This document shows positions 50,478-62,066 of a DNA stretch of 64,000 nt, one piece after another. The stretch is taken from the NCBI GenBank assembly GCA_963833125.1, contig CAWHWX010000028.1, positions 64,001 through 128,000 of the forward strand, written 5' to 3'. Under the pieces are notes generated by a model, which worked only from the letters and a program-made list of their open reading frames with translations, was not told the origin of the DNA and did not search any database. Both the position numbers and the translations under genes were made by a program. Within the stretch, counting starts at the first letter, position 1. Every line of letters starts with the position of its first letter. The stretch comes from Candidatus Bathyarchaeota archaeon (lineage in GTDB: Archaea > Thermoproteota > Bathyarchaeia > 40CM-2-53-6).

Positions 50478-51503
50478 TTGCCAAAACGAGTCGCTCTAAT
50501 CCGTGGAGATGGCACAGGACCTGAGCTCACCGAAGCAACCCTGAAAGTTCTCAAGGCTGTCGATACGGACGTCGAATTCATTGAATGTGATGCGGGGGCC
50601 GAGTGGTGGCAAGCCCACGGCGGATCCGTTCTGATTCCCGATTCGAGTTGGAAGATAATTGAATCAGCTGATGCGTGCCTGAAAGGGCCCACTACTACGC
50701 CCGCAGGCCCGAAAACGCCACGCAGCGTTGCTGTGAGCATACGTCAAAGGATGAATCTCTACGCGAACATTCGACCGGTTAAGACATTCGAAGGAACCAA
50801 ACGGCCGCTCGGCGACGTGGAGTTGGTGTGCGTTCGTGAAGCCACCGAGGGGCTATACTCAGGTATTGAGCATAGGCTGTCAAATGACGTCGCGATAGCC
50901 TTTCGCAAAATTACACGAGCCCCAAGCGAGAAGCTGTGCCGAACCGCCTTTGAAGAAGCCAAACGCCGCGGCTGGAAACGCACCTACGTAATCACCAAAC
51001 AGAACATCCTGAAAGAAACCGACGGGCTATTCATGGAGGCAGCTAACGGCGCACACGCAAACTACCCCGAGATAAGCATGGACGAATATTTCATTGATAA
51101 TTTCGCCCAACAACTCATCAAGAACCCTCAACGCTTCAATCAAAGCGTGATCTTCGGCACTAACCTCTTCATGGACATTATCTCCGAGGAAGTCTCCGCC
51201 CTAGTCGCCAGCATAGGCTGCATCTACTCCGCGAACTTTGGCGATGAGTACGCAATGTTCGAACCTGCTCACGGCAGCGCCCCTCAGTACAAAGGCAAGA
51301 ACAAAGTGAACCCAACAGCCACCGTCCTAGCCGGAGCCTGGATGCTGGATTACTTAGGGGAGAAGAAGAAATCTGAAGTCATCTTCAAAGCAACCCGGGA
51401 AGTGATTGCGGAAGGAAAGAAGGTTACATATGACCTAGGCGGGAGCGCAGGCCTTTCAGAAATGTCGGACGCCATTGCTGACCGAGCTCGAAAGAGCCTG
51501 TGA
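50478..51503 (+). CDS. Isocitrate/isopropylmalate dehydrogenase family enzyme
   Basis: GDGTGPE, LKGPTTTP, YANIRP, REATEGLY, FEPAHGSAP, TYDLGG. Confidence 0.93.
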   Translation: MPKRVALIRGDGTGPELTEATLKVLKAVDTDVEFIECDAGAEWWQAHGGSVLIPDSSWKIIESADACLKGPTTTPAGPKTPRSVAVSIRQRMNLYANIRPVKTFEGTKRPLGDVELVCVREATEGLYSGIEHRLSNDVAIAFRKITRAPSEKLCRTAFEEAKRRGWKRTYVITKQNILKETDGLFMEAANGAHANYPEISMDEYFIDNFAQQLIKNPQRFNQSVIFGTNLFMDIISEEVSALVASIGCIYSANFGDEYAMFEPAHGSAPQYKGKNKVNPTATVLAGAWMLDYLGEKKKSEVIFKATREVIAEGKKVTYDLGGSAGLSEMSDAIADRARKSL

Positions 51504-51682
51504 AATTTCCATCCGAACGTACGGACCCAACTAGAGTAAGTTCACGCCGGACCCTCTTCTCAGCCCTAATGGTCACTATCCATTCGAGAGGGCGATTAGA
51601 TTTCAATAATTGTAGCTACAATGTTGATTGGATGGATGGAGTGTACGCAAATACCTATCTGTTGGTGTAATTCATAATAGAA

Positions 51683-51889
51683 TTGATCCATATGGAATCC
51701 CCCGAAACCGAAGAAAAAGAATTCTCAGACGAAGAGCTTGAAGAAATAATTGACATGAAAGCCCCTACGGCGTTGATTAAGGAATTCGAGGCGATGGTGA
51801 AAGAGAGCCCCCTCCTCGTCACGGGGTTGGTATTTGCATTTGGAATTCTCATAGGGGTCTCGCTCTCATCCGGTCGTAGAAGGCGCTGA
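51683..51889 (+). CDS. Small tail-anchored membrane protein, ElaB/YqjD (DUF883)-like C-terminus
   Basis: VKESPLLVTGLVFAFGILIGVSLSSGRRR. Confidence 0.65.
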   Translation: MIHMESPETEEKEFSDEELEEIIDMKAPTALIKEFEAMVKESPLLVTGLVFAFGILIGVSLSSGRRRR

Positions 51890-51938
51890 AAGCTATTCTT
51901 TTATTGATTGTACGTTGAGTTAACGCGTGGTGTAGATT

Positions 51939-52154
51939 TTGCCGAAAAAGAAAGACCCACCTAGCGAGATCCCACGGTACATGAAGAGCCTTAGGAAAGA
52001 TGTGGACTACCGACTGACAGATTTGAAGTCGGAGTTGGATGATGTCCAGAAGAGGGCGGCTAAGACGATGAAGGAACGGCCTATGCTCGCCCTTGGAATC
52101 GCGTTCATGGTTGGAATGGCATTCGGCATCGCCCTAGCAAAGTCAGGGGACTAG
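51939..52154 (+). CDS. Small tail-anchored membrane protein, ElaB/YqjD (DUF883)-like
   Basis: Coiled coil followed by MKERPMLALGIAFMVGMAFGIALAK. Confidence 0.7.
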   Translation: MPKKKDPPSEIPRYMKSLRKDVDYRLTDLKSELDDVQKRAAKTMKERPMLALGIAFMVGMAFGIALAKSGD

Positions 52155-52163
52155 GCGTTCGAA

Positions 52164-52463
52164 TTGCCCGAACCCGAGAAGCCCGCTCTGTCCGAAAAAC
52201 TCGTGAAGTTAATCCTACGCGAAGCCCTCGGCGGCGTCGCTAAACCTGTGGAACATTTTGTCAAACGTCTGGTCCGCTCTGTTGCCTTGATTCTGGGCGG
52301 CATTGTGATAGCTGTGATTGGAATCGCATTCGTTGCAGTAGGGGCGGTGAGGTGGCTCAGCTCCCTAATGCCAACTTGGTTAGCGTGGGCGCTTGTGGGA
52401 ATAATCCTCCTCCTCATCGGCGTAACCGTTACTTCAACGGCTTACGCTAGTGGACGGAGCTAA
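52164..52463 (+). CDS. Two-TM membrane protein, YqjE/holin-like
   Basis: Amphipathic N-terminus, two TM helices joined by LMPTWLAWALVG; follows the two DUF883-like genes. Confidence 0.65.
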   Translation: MPEPEKPALSEKLVKLILREALGGVAKPVEHFVKRLVRSVALILGGIVIAVIGIAFVAVGAVRWLSSLMPTWLAWALVGIILLLIGVTVTSTAYASGRS

Positions 52464-52514
52464 AGGCTCCCGACGATTCCAGCATTCGACTTATCGAATC
52501 AGAATGTCGCTCAA

Positions 52515-52808
52515 TTACGGTGCGGCATTCTCAGTTGTTAGGAATCGAATAATCTTTCCCGCGCCAAGTTTCTCCGTAACTATCTTCTGTTCCTCCGCGT
52601 TCAGGGGTTTGTATTTGAGATGAGTTTCAGTGACGCCGGCGTAGCGGCCTGCGACTAGGTAGGCGCTTGCGTTCTTCTCTTTGTAGATGGTTATGGGTTT
52701 GTGAACGGCGGCTGGGTCCGTACCGGCATAAAGATAGCTAATTGCGTCGTCGTACTTCGCCTTGTCTTCAATCTTAAACAGGACCACATTTGTCTCGTCG
52801 GGTTTCAT
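52515..52808 (-). CDS. Hypothetical protein
   Basis: 97-aa ATG ORF with protein-like composition filling the intergenic gap. Confidence 0.65.
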   Translation of the reverse strand: MKPDETNVVLFKIEDKAKYDDAISYLYAGTDPAAVHKPITIYKEKNASAYLVAGRYAGVTETHLKYKPLNAEEQKIVTEKLGAGKIIRFLTTENAAP

Positions 52809-52934
52809 GCGAGCTTGACTTGTTTACAGGGGTAAAACTGTTACGGAGTCATCCAAGGCGCTCAGGCAAAGCGCGTCACTTTGCAAGAGGTTTTATGTCC
52901 GGTTCACCCATGCTTTGCGTAGGATCGTTAGAAG

Positions 52935-53429
52935 TTGATTAAGGCAACAGTACAGAAAGCGCTAAACGACCAAACAAGAAAGGAATTCTACTCCCATTAT
53001 CTCTACCTCTCAATGGCAGCGCATTTCGAATCAATCAACCTGCGAGGGTTCGCCCATTGGATGCGTGTTCAAGCGAAGGAGGAAATGGAACACGCGATGA
53101 AATTCTTCGAATACATAATCGAAAGACAAGGGAAAGTGGTCTTAGAGGCAATCGAGGCACCCGCTGCGAAGTGGAGGACGCCTAAGGACATCCTCGGGGA
53201 TGCCTACAATCATGAAAGAAAGGTCACCGAATCCATTCACAAGATAGTTGACCTTGCTGCGTTAGAGAAAGATTATGCCACCATCATATTCCTCCAGTGG
53301 TTCGTGACAGAGCAAGTGGAAGAAGAAGCAAGCGCGAACGAAATTCTTCAAAAACTCCAACTCATCGGAACCGAAACCAGCGCACTCTTCGTTCTGGACG
53401 GAGAACTAGGTAAAAGAGCTTCCAAGTAA
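52935..53429 (+). CDS. ftnA: Ferritin
   Basis: EFYSHYLYLSM, QAKEEMEHAMK, HERKVT, FLQWFVTEQVEEE. Confidence 0.95.
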   Translation: MIKATVQKALNDQTRKEFYSHYLYLSMAAHFESINLRGFAHWMRVQAKEEMEHAMKFFEYIIERQGKVVLEAIEAPAAKWRTPKDILGDAYNHERKVTESIHKIVDLAALEKDYATIIFLQWFVTEQVEEEASANEILQKLQLIGTETSALFVLDGELGKRASK

Positions 53430-53680
53430 TCAAGCGGACTTTGCCGCGTCTGAAGTTTAGGCTCTTTGCTTCTGATGGTGGGTCAACGATCAGCGCCATC
53501 TTTTCGTGCGAACACTTGACAATTTGATTGCCCGCACCATCAGACCCGCAAAACATATGCTATATAGAACGCAATAGCGCAACGTTGGACGTCCATAGCT
53601 GGGATGGGGGGTGGTGGTGTAATTTGTGGGGAGAACATGTTACTTTGCTGCGTTTGTCTTGTGTTTGGGTACACGTTAGG

Positions 53681-53875
53681 CTAGTTTAGTTCAGGATGTT
53701 TCTTCGTGTATCGGCAACCGCAGACTGCACAGCGTTGAAATCTTGAGTGAAATTGAAGCAAATGATGACAAACATCACAGCACGATTCTCGATGAGCCGT
53801 CCAATGATGTTCATGCAGTTGGTCGTTTGAAGGAAACATCTTAGCTGGTTGACACAACTTACAATAGTGACTCAT
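53681..53875 (-). CDS. Small Cys/His-rich zinc-finger protein (C2H2 plus second site)
   Basis: YCKLC..F....QLHEHHWTAH; CDVCHH....H....CAVCGC. Confidence 0.65.
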   Translation of the reverse strand: MSHYCKLCQPAKMFPSNDQLHEHHWTAHRESCCDVCHHLLQFHSRFQRCAVCGCRYTKKHPELN

Positions 53876-53972
53876 TGGGTGAAACCAAACCGCAATAGGT
53901 GTGTCGGGTTATATGCTTGGAGTGTGTTGGAAGAAAGTATTGCGGTCTTGTGAGACTCGTTGGCATTCAACT

Positions 53973-54290
53973 TCATTGGGAGCCTCCGACTTTGGGAACC
54001 TCGAGTTGCCTGAAACCACTTTGCAGAACCAAGTATTGCATTGGGCCGATCTGAATCACATCTCCGACAGATAAATTCCGAGCAAGGTCCTTCTTCTTGA
54101 AAGGAATCCCGAAAGGAGTGGGCTCCAGGCGGAACATGGAGGCGATCATGTCAGGGGTTACGAGGTTCTTGAATTCTGCCTCCCAACCCAAATCGTAGAG
54201 GTTCTCAAGCATCCACTTTTGGATCGTTGAAGTTGCTTCTATCTCCGAAGGATCCGGTTTCCCCTTGAGTAGGAAAACTTTGACCTTCAT
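53973..54290 (-). CDS. YodL-like domain protein
   Basis: RNLSVGDVIQIG..YLV..GF resembles the YodL-like SxSDV..Y..GF signature; ATG at 54290 follows GGGGAG. Confidence 0.55.
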   Translation of the reverse strand: MKVKVFLLKGKPDPSEIEATSTIQKWMLENLYDLGWEAEFKNLVTPDMIASMFRLEPTPFGIPFKKKDLARNLSVGDVIQIGPMQYLVLQSGFRQLEVPKVGGSQ

Positions 54291-54716
54291 CCGCCGACTC
54301 CCCTTGACTCGTGGAATTGATTTTCTTTTCTGGTTCCATAAGTCGCTTGCGTTGGCTGAAGAACTCGATGGCGTGTCTGCCCATCGCACTGCCCCCGCTT
54401 AGTCTCCGACTTCCTTTAACGGAAAATTTGGAGCGGGTCAGTTTGTTGCGAACGCTCCGCACTACTACACGCCTGAAGGCGCTGGGTACCTTAGCTAATG
54501 CGAATGTACGATCCTAGCGGTACATTCACGTTTTTGGCGTTGCTTGACCATGTGTCTGGTCGCCGGCGACCAACTGTATGGTCAGAAACCAACTCTTGCG
54601 ACTTTCTTAGCGGTTTTCAGGTTGCTTGGCCACTCGCTGAAGGGTTTGGATCAAGGCGTTCTCTGCCCTCAAATATGTGATCAGACCGAACCACCAAAGA
54701 ATATAACAACACTAGT

Positions 54717-54736
54717 TGGAGCCGGGGATGGGAATC
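54717..54736 (-). repeat. Isolated tRNA 3'-end fragment (Thr or Cys type), probable att remnant
   Basis: Minus strand GATTCCCATCCCCGGCTCCA matches a T-arm 3' half, acceptor CCCCGGC, U73 and CCA. Confidence 0.6.
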
Positions 54737-54971
54737 ATATTACTAGTTCGGTTCCGTAACAATATAAGGCAATACGATTATTGAATTTCCAATGGCAAAG
54801 GAGATCAGCCTGAACTTTGGAGAAAGTTTCTCGTCCCCAAAGCTCTAGTCTCGCCTGGTCTAGTACATAGCATTTAGGCAGCCAGTAGTCTTCCAAGATA
54901 CGTACCGATGCCATCTGCCAATTGCAGTGATTTGATCTCAGTTCCATCCGCTGTACCTTTTTGTGTGTGTG

Positions 54972-56058
54972 TCAATCCGAAGTTTCAATCCACTTCTTCT
55001 GTTGCGCAGCATCGTACGCTGTATCCATGAGGCGGTTCACGACGTAGCCGTCTCGGAAGCTTTCTCGCAGTGTTTGGCCTTTAGCAATGCATTCGACAAA
55101 ATGTTGCAATTCGTACATGTAGCCTCCGGTTTCAAACTCACGCCAAGTTGGAAACATCCAACCCCTACCCACATCAGCCTTCTCGACGATGTAACCAGAA
55201 CGACCCTCTGGTGCAGCCGTGAAGAGCCTAATGCCAGTTTCACGGGTGGCGTCAATGAAGATTGCACCGTCACTCCCGTAAACTTCCACTCGAACATCAA
55301 ATCCACCTTTTGCCGACCAACTGTTTTCACACTGTCCAAGGGACCCGTCTTCGAATTTCAAGAGCACAAGGCTATTGTCCTCGCCCTTTATTTTATGAAC
55401 GAGAGTTGCTGTCCAAGCTGCAACCTCCGTCGGTTTCTTCTTGTTGACGAGATATCGGACGGCTTCTATAGTGTGGCAACCCATGTCCGATAGCACTCCG
55501 CCACCTGCGAGATTGGGATCCCAGAACCAATTGCTGTGTGGTCCAGAATGTGCTTCCCTTGCTCTAATCCATGTGAGCTTACCGATGGCTCCGCTGCTGA
55601 TGAATTCGAAAGCGACGAGTTATCTGTGGAATGAAAACCTGATTCTCCGCGTAGCAATTGAGAACTCCATGTTTTTCCACAGCGTCAAGCGCCTTTTTCG
55701 CTTCGGCCCCATTGCGGGCGAGAGGCTTCTCGCATATAATGTGCTTATGATTTTCAGCTGCCGTTATGATCGTTTGCAGATGGAAATTGTTCGGTATTCC
55801 GATGTCTACAACATCGACATCCGGATCTCTGCACATCTTCTCTATGGCATCATCACCGTGGTAGACTTTACTTATGTTCCATCGTTTCGCGAACTCCACG
55901 GTGTCTTCTATCCCAGCAACAGCAACCACGTTTGCAAGTTTGATTTCCGAGTAGGCAGGCATGTGAAAAGTGTTCTGTACGAAACCTGTTCCCACAATTC
56001 CAACATTCACCTTCTGTGACATAGACTTGACTGACCTCTTGTTATTCAGAGATGGCAA
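54972..56058 (-). CDS. Gfo/Idh/MocA oxidoreductase (1-nt frameshift near 55614)
   Basis: VGIVGTGF, CEKPLA, GGGVLSDMGCH, GEDNS. Confidence 0.88.
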
Positions 56059-56132
56059 GTCCGTTTAAAAGATTCGGCTCCGTAAGGATGAAAACTAGCC
56101 AAGCACGATCTGTCAAATCCTCGGGTGATGCT

Positions 56133-57076
56133 CTAACTCCACCAGTCCATCACGAATACATCGGATCTGTTGTACGCCGGTTCATTTGGTTTGTGCATCG
56201 TAACGTAAAGAGTTGATGTGAAGAAGCCTGTCTCTATCATGGTCTTATAGGCTTCGTGGCGTTCCATATTCATTCCAGCTGTAATATTCACCAATCCTTT
56301 ACTCACAGCGAAGGCCTCGCAGGTTTTCAGGAGTCTTTCGAAATCTGTGTGTTGATTAGATGATGGCTTAACTGCCCCAAATTTCACATAACAGTTTCCA
56401 CTCCCTGCTTCTGTATACGCGGTCCGCAGTGACAGATAGCAAAACCAGCAAGTTCGGGGCCGTCCCAAAGCAGAATTGTATCGCCTAAAGCCTGATGGTA
56501 AACGGATCGTATCTCCGTTGAAAGATCCAAACCGCCGTAAATCGAATTGCTCACACGAAACGTTTGCTCAATACATTCTCGCTTTTCTTCTTTCCCAAGA
56601 GCCGAGAAAGTTGAGATCGCGAGTAAGTCTTCGCTTGGCTTAACGGGTTTTGTCATAATTGCAGTTAGGCATCTTGGCCAGAAACCATACTTCTGATAAA
56701 GATGAATGTGCTTCGGGCTCTCAGGTTGAGTGACAAGACCAGCTTGCGATATGTGCCACTGTTCAAACAGATCCTCCGCTCTTTCAACCAGACGGGAAGC
56801 AACACCTTTACCCCATAGGTGGGGGTGAACAGCCATTCTACCGACAAAACTCACACTACCCCATCTCGTCACAACAACCGTTCCACGAACGGTTCCTTCG
56901 GCTTCCGTGACGAGGATAACGCTAGTGCTACCTCTCCATCGGGAAGCTATCATGTCTCTGTCGCCAAAGGTTTCAAGAGGGTTAGTGAGCCCATATTGAG
57001 TCCCGAAGGTTAGTCGAAGTAGGCGATCCGCTTCGTCCAGCTCTTCTTCTCTGACTGGTCGAACGAGAATATCCAT
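56133..57076 (-). CDS. Tandem GNAT-family acetyltransferase (frameshift near 56417)
   Basis: AVHPHLWGKGVASRL, LYQKYGF; second domain YVKFGAV. Confidence 0.85.
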
Positions 57077-57225
57077 GACACTCTTTCTATCTGAAGTTCA
57101 TAAAATCCTTAACGCAAGAGGGCGGAAGTGTTGTGGTGTGAATGCACTGGGACGATAACCTGAGCCCCCCTCTTTGCCTAGTTAATCTTCAGGTACTGTT
57201 CTGTCTTAGAAGTAGGCGTCCATTG

Positions 57226-58256
57226 TCACCGCTCGCCCCGTTTGATAGAATCCAGCGCTCCGAACATCATTGCCAAGCTTCTAATGTTGTCTTGGGCACT
57301 GGTCTCCGGTTCCTTATCTTCGACAATGGATCGTGCAAACTCATGTAATGAGTAAGATCTGTCTTCTAGTGGCATGGGTATCAGTTCTGGTTCGAGGGTG
57401 GAAGCTCTCTCGGTCATTCCCCGCGTGTATACGCTCTTGAATGTGCGGGTCGGTTCTTGGAGTGTGACGTGAAGTCCGGTTTCGTTCCAGCATATTTCTC
57501 CTTCCGAGCCTTCGATGCGCCAATCACCATTCCACGTTGTTTCCCATCCTCGTGAAACCCAGCTGCCAAAGTAATTCACTCGAATATCGTTTTTCATTTC
57601 AACCGAGACTTCAACTGTAGGGTTTCCATCAAACCAACTCCATTTCGGCCTCCAGCTCTTCGCGTAGATGCTAACGGGATCTACTCCGAGCAGATACCTC
57701 ATGAGATCGAAATGGTGAATCACCATCTCAGTGATAATTGGTTCGGGTAGTTTGAGGTAGTATATTCCCGTGAAAGGTGGTGCCTTGTGGAAGTTGACCG
57801 TAGCGTACCCCGCTTCACCCACAAACTCATCCTGCACAAGTTTTCTTATTGTTTGCTGGCGAACTCCTATACCTATAATTCTGGCTTACCATTAACTTCA
57901 ACTTCGTCTTCTCTGCTGCCCGTCTCATTTCCCTCGCAGTTTTCCATCGTATCCGCCAATGGTTTTTCAATTAGGACATGCATGCCAGCATTCAAAGCAG
58001 CAATTGCGACTTCCGAATGGTAGTTTGCAGGTACAACTCCTAAGACCGCATCGGCGTCAACCTCTTTCAGTACACGACCAAGATCCGTGTAACACTTTGA
58101 ACTCGGAATTCCATTCTTAGCGGCGGTTCTCTGCAAATTGGCCTTGGATACATCAACGTAGGCAACAACTTCGAAATCTTCGGATTGTCGAGCTATTGAT
58201 GCCCAACTCTCACCCCAGCCACCAACTCCAACCTGAATAAGATTCAGCTTAGTCAT
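57226..58256 (-). CDS. Gfo/Idh/MocA oxidoreductase (two frameshifts)
   Basis: QVGVGGWG, IEKPLA, restored SQNYRY, EMVIHHFD. Confidence 0.88.
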
Positions 58257-58331
58257 GGAACAACTCGCATCCGAACGAATGGCGATTCGTTCGTGACCTC
58301 AAATCTCGTGAGGAGTTTTGCTCAAAAGTTT

Positions 58332-59145
58332 TCAGTTAAGTAATTTCAGTAGGTACTCTTTGGTCCGCACTGCCGAGGTATCGCCTTCGCCTTGTTCTAG
58401 TTCGGCTGAAAGGTATCCTGAGTAATTGATCTCTCGCAAAGCCTTGACGATTGACTTGAAATCTATGTTCCCCTCTCCCGGTACCAAATGTGCATCTCTA
58501 GTTGAGTCATTGTCGTGTATGTGTACGTGTATTATCTTGTCCCTCATCTTCAGCACCGATTTCGGTATGTCTTCCTTCACTACGTGGAGATGCCCTATGT
58601 CCAGTAGGAGTTGTAGACCGGGACTGTTGACCTCTCGCAGCATCTTGTCAGCGAGGTCTGAGGTGGAGATCAAGTTGCCTGGTTCTGGTTCCAGACCGAT
58701 TATTCTCTTGTGGCTCTTCGCATAGTCCCACGCATTCTTCCAGTTCAGCCTTGAGCCAGTTCCATTGATCCCTTTCGTTTGTGCCTTCAATCATTGGGGT
58801 TCCTGTTACAATTTCTACCAGAGGTGCTTCGAGGTCTACGGCTAGGTCGACACATTCTTCCACGTGCCGAACTGTCGCTGATCTCACTCTCGGATTTGGA
58901 TGGGTGAAGTGCCACTGGGGTGTGCCATTGAATGAGGTAATCGCAGCGACTTTCAATCCAAGCGACTTGGCCTCTGATAGTATCTTCTTTTTTTGCGAAT
59001 TGTCATAATCTTCTGGCAACATGTGCGGACGGTTGGCAACTATTTCGATTGCGTCATAACCCAATTTCGCAGTTCTGTCTATGGCGATTTCAATTGGGTA
59101 ACGAATGTAAGCGAACGAACTTAAGCAGAGTTTCAAGTCCCTCAT
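58332..59145 (-). CDS. Sugar-phosphate isomerase/epimerase (xylose isomerase-like TIM barrel), FrlC-like (frameshift near 58729)
   Basis: YPIE.AI...AKLGYDAIEI.ANRPH, LEPEP, DIGH, HVHIHD, PGEG, Y.GYLSAE. Confidence 0.85.
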
Positions 59146-59153
59146 CCTGGCTG

Positions 59154-60186
59154 CTACGGAAGAAGTACGGTCTTAAGGGTTTTCTTCGAATCGAATAGTT
59201 GAAACGCTTCAGACGCTTTAGCTAGCGGAAATCGATGTGTGACGGTTTCAGCCAACCGAATTTTCTTTCGGTTAACTAATCGAATCATCTCATCGAAATC
59301 GGCAATGTTGAAGTACCACGAACCTCTGATGGTCAAGTCCTTCGTGATGACTTGTTCTACTGGCTTAATTTCTGTTCTGTGCCCCCATCCGACGAACGCT
59401 ACTTTTCCATGCGGGGCAACACATTCTAACGCTTCACTTTCCGCAATCGCACTACCCGAACAGTCGATTGACTTACTGACAGCCTCGTCACCAAGCATTG
59501 AGTTGATCGACTCAACTACATTGACATCTCCCAAGTTCTGCAATGTATAGTCACATCCTAGCTTCTTGACGTGTTGTAGTCGCTCTTTCACTGGATCTAT
59601 GCCGATTACCGCGGCGCCGAGGGATTTACAAACCATTGCCTCACAAACTCCAATTGGACCCATGCCGAAAATCGCAACATTGTCGAAAGGACCGACTTCC
59701 AGTTTTTTTGCAGCGGAGTAGGTTGTTCCCAGGAGATCGGTAGTAAGGCTCCCGTCAATGAAATCCATCCAAGCAGGTATCTTCAAGCAGTTTCTCGCCG
59801 GGGTTAACAGAAGCTCAGCATCGGCGCCATTCATGTCAAACCCAAAACATTTCGCCTCCTTACAGAACATCCATTCACCAGCACGACATCCGTTGCAATG
59901 ATTGCAACTTACGAATGTGTAAACTGCCACTCGATCGCCTACGATTACCGAATCAACGCCTGGCCCCACTTTCTCAACTAACCCGCATCCTTGGTGGCCC
60001 GGTATAACAGAACCATGGCCCTTTGTTCCAACCCCAGCATGCTGTCTCCCGTGGTACGGGTCTAGGTCCGCGGCGCATAGTGCCGCTGCTTTTATTCTAA
60101 CCACAATCCTCCCCATAAGAGGGAGTAGGATCAGGAAAATCGATATAACGGACTTGTTCCGGGCCCGTGAATGAAATGGCCTTCGT
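59154..60186 (-). CDS. Zn-dependent (MDR) sugar-alcohol dehydrogenase
   Basis: LCAAD, PGHQGCG, CNHCNGC..C, GMGPIG, VTHRFPL. N-terminus is in another frame; start approximate. Confidence 0.88.
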
Positions 60187-60216
60187 GTAGTTTTCCTCTT
60201 CGTTGAATTCGGCAGC

Positions 60217-61808
60217 CTATTCTGGTGGGATTGACATATACAGCAAGGAGAGGTCGATTCCCTCTCTGGCCCTATAGTACTTTGCCACCCCGTAAATAAC
60301 TAGGGGTATGGCGAAACTGGCAAAGATAATCGCATACGATCCCAGGCTAGTTGGTCCGATAGCTGGAGTTACTGATGCGGCGTAGATTAGGAAGACTAGA
60401 AATGCAGCCGATAAGGCGGATAGGATTGAAACTACGGGGACCTTTGCGATGTTTATCTTCCAAATGCTATTTTCATACAAATCCTTCCTTCGATATGGGT
60501 AGACAATTCCAGCGATCGCAACTAGCAGTAGGTCTGCGGCAAACCAAATCGTGCCGTTGAGGAAGAATGAGAGATATGGAGTATAGGCTGCAAAATAAAG
60601 CGCGATAAGAGACCCGATTCCTGCCACTATCGCCACGTAAATCGGTGAGGCTGTACGGGCTGATACTCTTGCAAATATTTCGGGCATAACTCTGTCAAAC
60701 GCCCAAGCGAACATTGACCGGCTAGCTGTGAGAAGAAATGCGAGCATATTGAGTACCATAGCTAATGCCATATAGACTGAGATAATCGATAACAAGACCA
60801 CATTATTAGTGAGCAAACCAGCGTAGAAGTTAATCCAAGGAGGAGCGCTCAGCGGATAATGGGACGTTCAAAGAACAAATAGCCTGAAGCGCTGAGAAAG
60901 TCATAACCCGCAGTTTTCATCAACAGTTCCCCTCCGATCCAGTCCATTATGCCGCAGAACAGGAATCCTCCCATCAATGCCAGTGGGATTGTCTTCCGCG
61001 CGCCGATCTCACCTCGCCAGCCACATACACCGGATATGTTGGCCCCTGTCCTAAGAATACGAAGGCCGGCGCAGACGCTAACATGGTCGCGAATAATGCG
61101 GGGCGTACCGATGTCCAACCATTTTGCGAGGCGGTTTGAATAATCCCAGAATATGTGGCAACTCCGTCTCGGTTTCTGGTTAAAGTTGGCGATGAAAGTC
61201 GCATTACTATTTAGCGCAAGCAGACCGAACACGACGACTACTCCTATCATACTTACAAAGAACAGAACCCGGTTCACTTGCGAAATGATCTTTATGCGTA
61301 GAGCCAACACAGCGGTCATGAAGAGAACCACGACAACACCTATCGCAAATGCAGTATTCACATCCGTAAATTGAACTGCAAGGCTAGAAATGGCCGGATT
61401 TTGCAATGAAAATCCCATTGCTGCAAATCCTGGAGCAAGCATGAGAGTTGAAAGATAATAGGAGTCTAAGCCTATCGCAAAAAAGCACTCAGCGTTATTG
61501 AGAAGTTCATTATGAAACCATAACCTGGACTTATGGTCCTGCCCAGGAAGACATAGTCCCCCGCCCAGATCGAGGCATAGCCGTCGCGAAGTAAACATAT
61601 ACCGCCGCAATTAGCAGTCCAGGTATTAATGCTGCAAGGAATGTAAAAGCTGGATCTGCACGGGGTATAGATACCCAAAGAATCCATACCCTGCGGCACC
61701 ACCAAATGGAATATCCGAAATCCCCACAGCGATTATGAAAGCGTCTAGCGCTGTCAGATCCCTTACAAGACCTGTTGCTTCCCGGACAAAGACCTTGGGC
61801 TTAGACAT
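60217..61808 (-). CDS. APC-family amino acid/amine permease (multiple frameshifts)
   Basis: MSKPKVFVREATGLVRD N-terminus, YVAGEVR, SRSMFAWAFDRVMP, C-terminal IPPE. Confidence 0.85.
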
Positions 61809-62066
61809 TCTTTCACAGTGAAAGAATTTCCAGCAACCTGTATTTATGTTATTGCCTTCTTCATCAAGTCATCTTCTCTCCCTTGATTATAGTTGTGTTT
61901 TTCAGTCGTGCGACCTGAAATTGTTCCTAATTTGGAAATTTGAAAAATAATACTAATCTTGACATATGATGCGTCGTGTGACCGTATGTTGTCGAGGAAG
62001 ATTTGAAAAATAAATCTTCTTCACGCCATACAATCGAAAGTCCTTATTATGTAGTAACTCCCGTGT

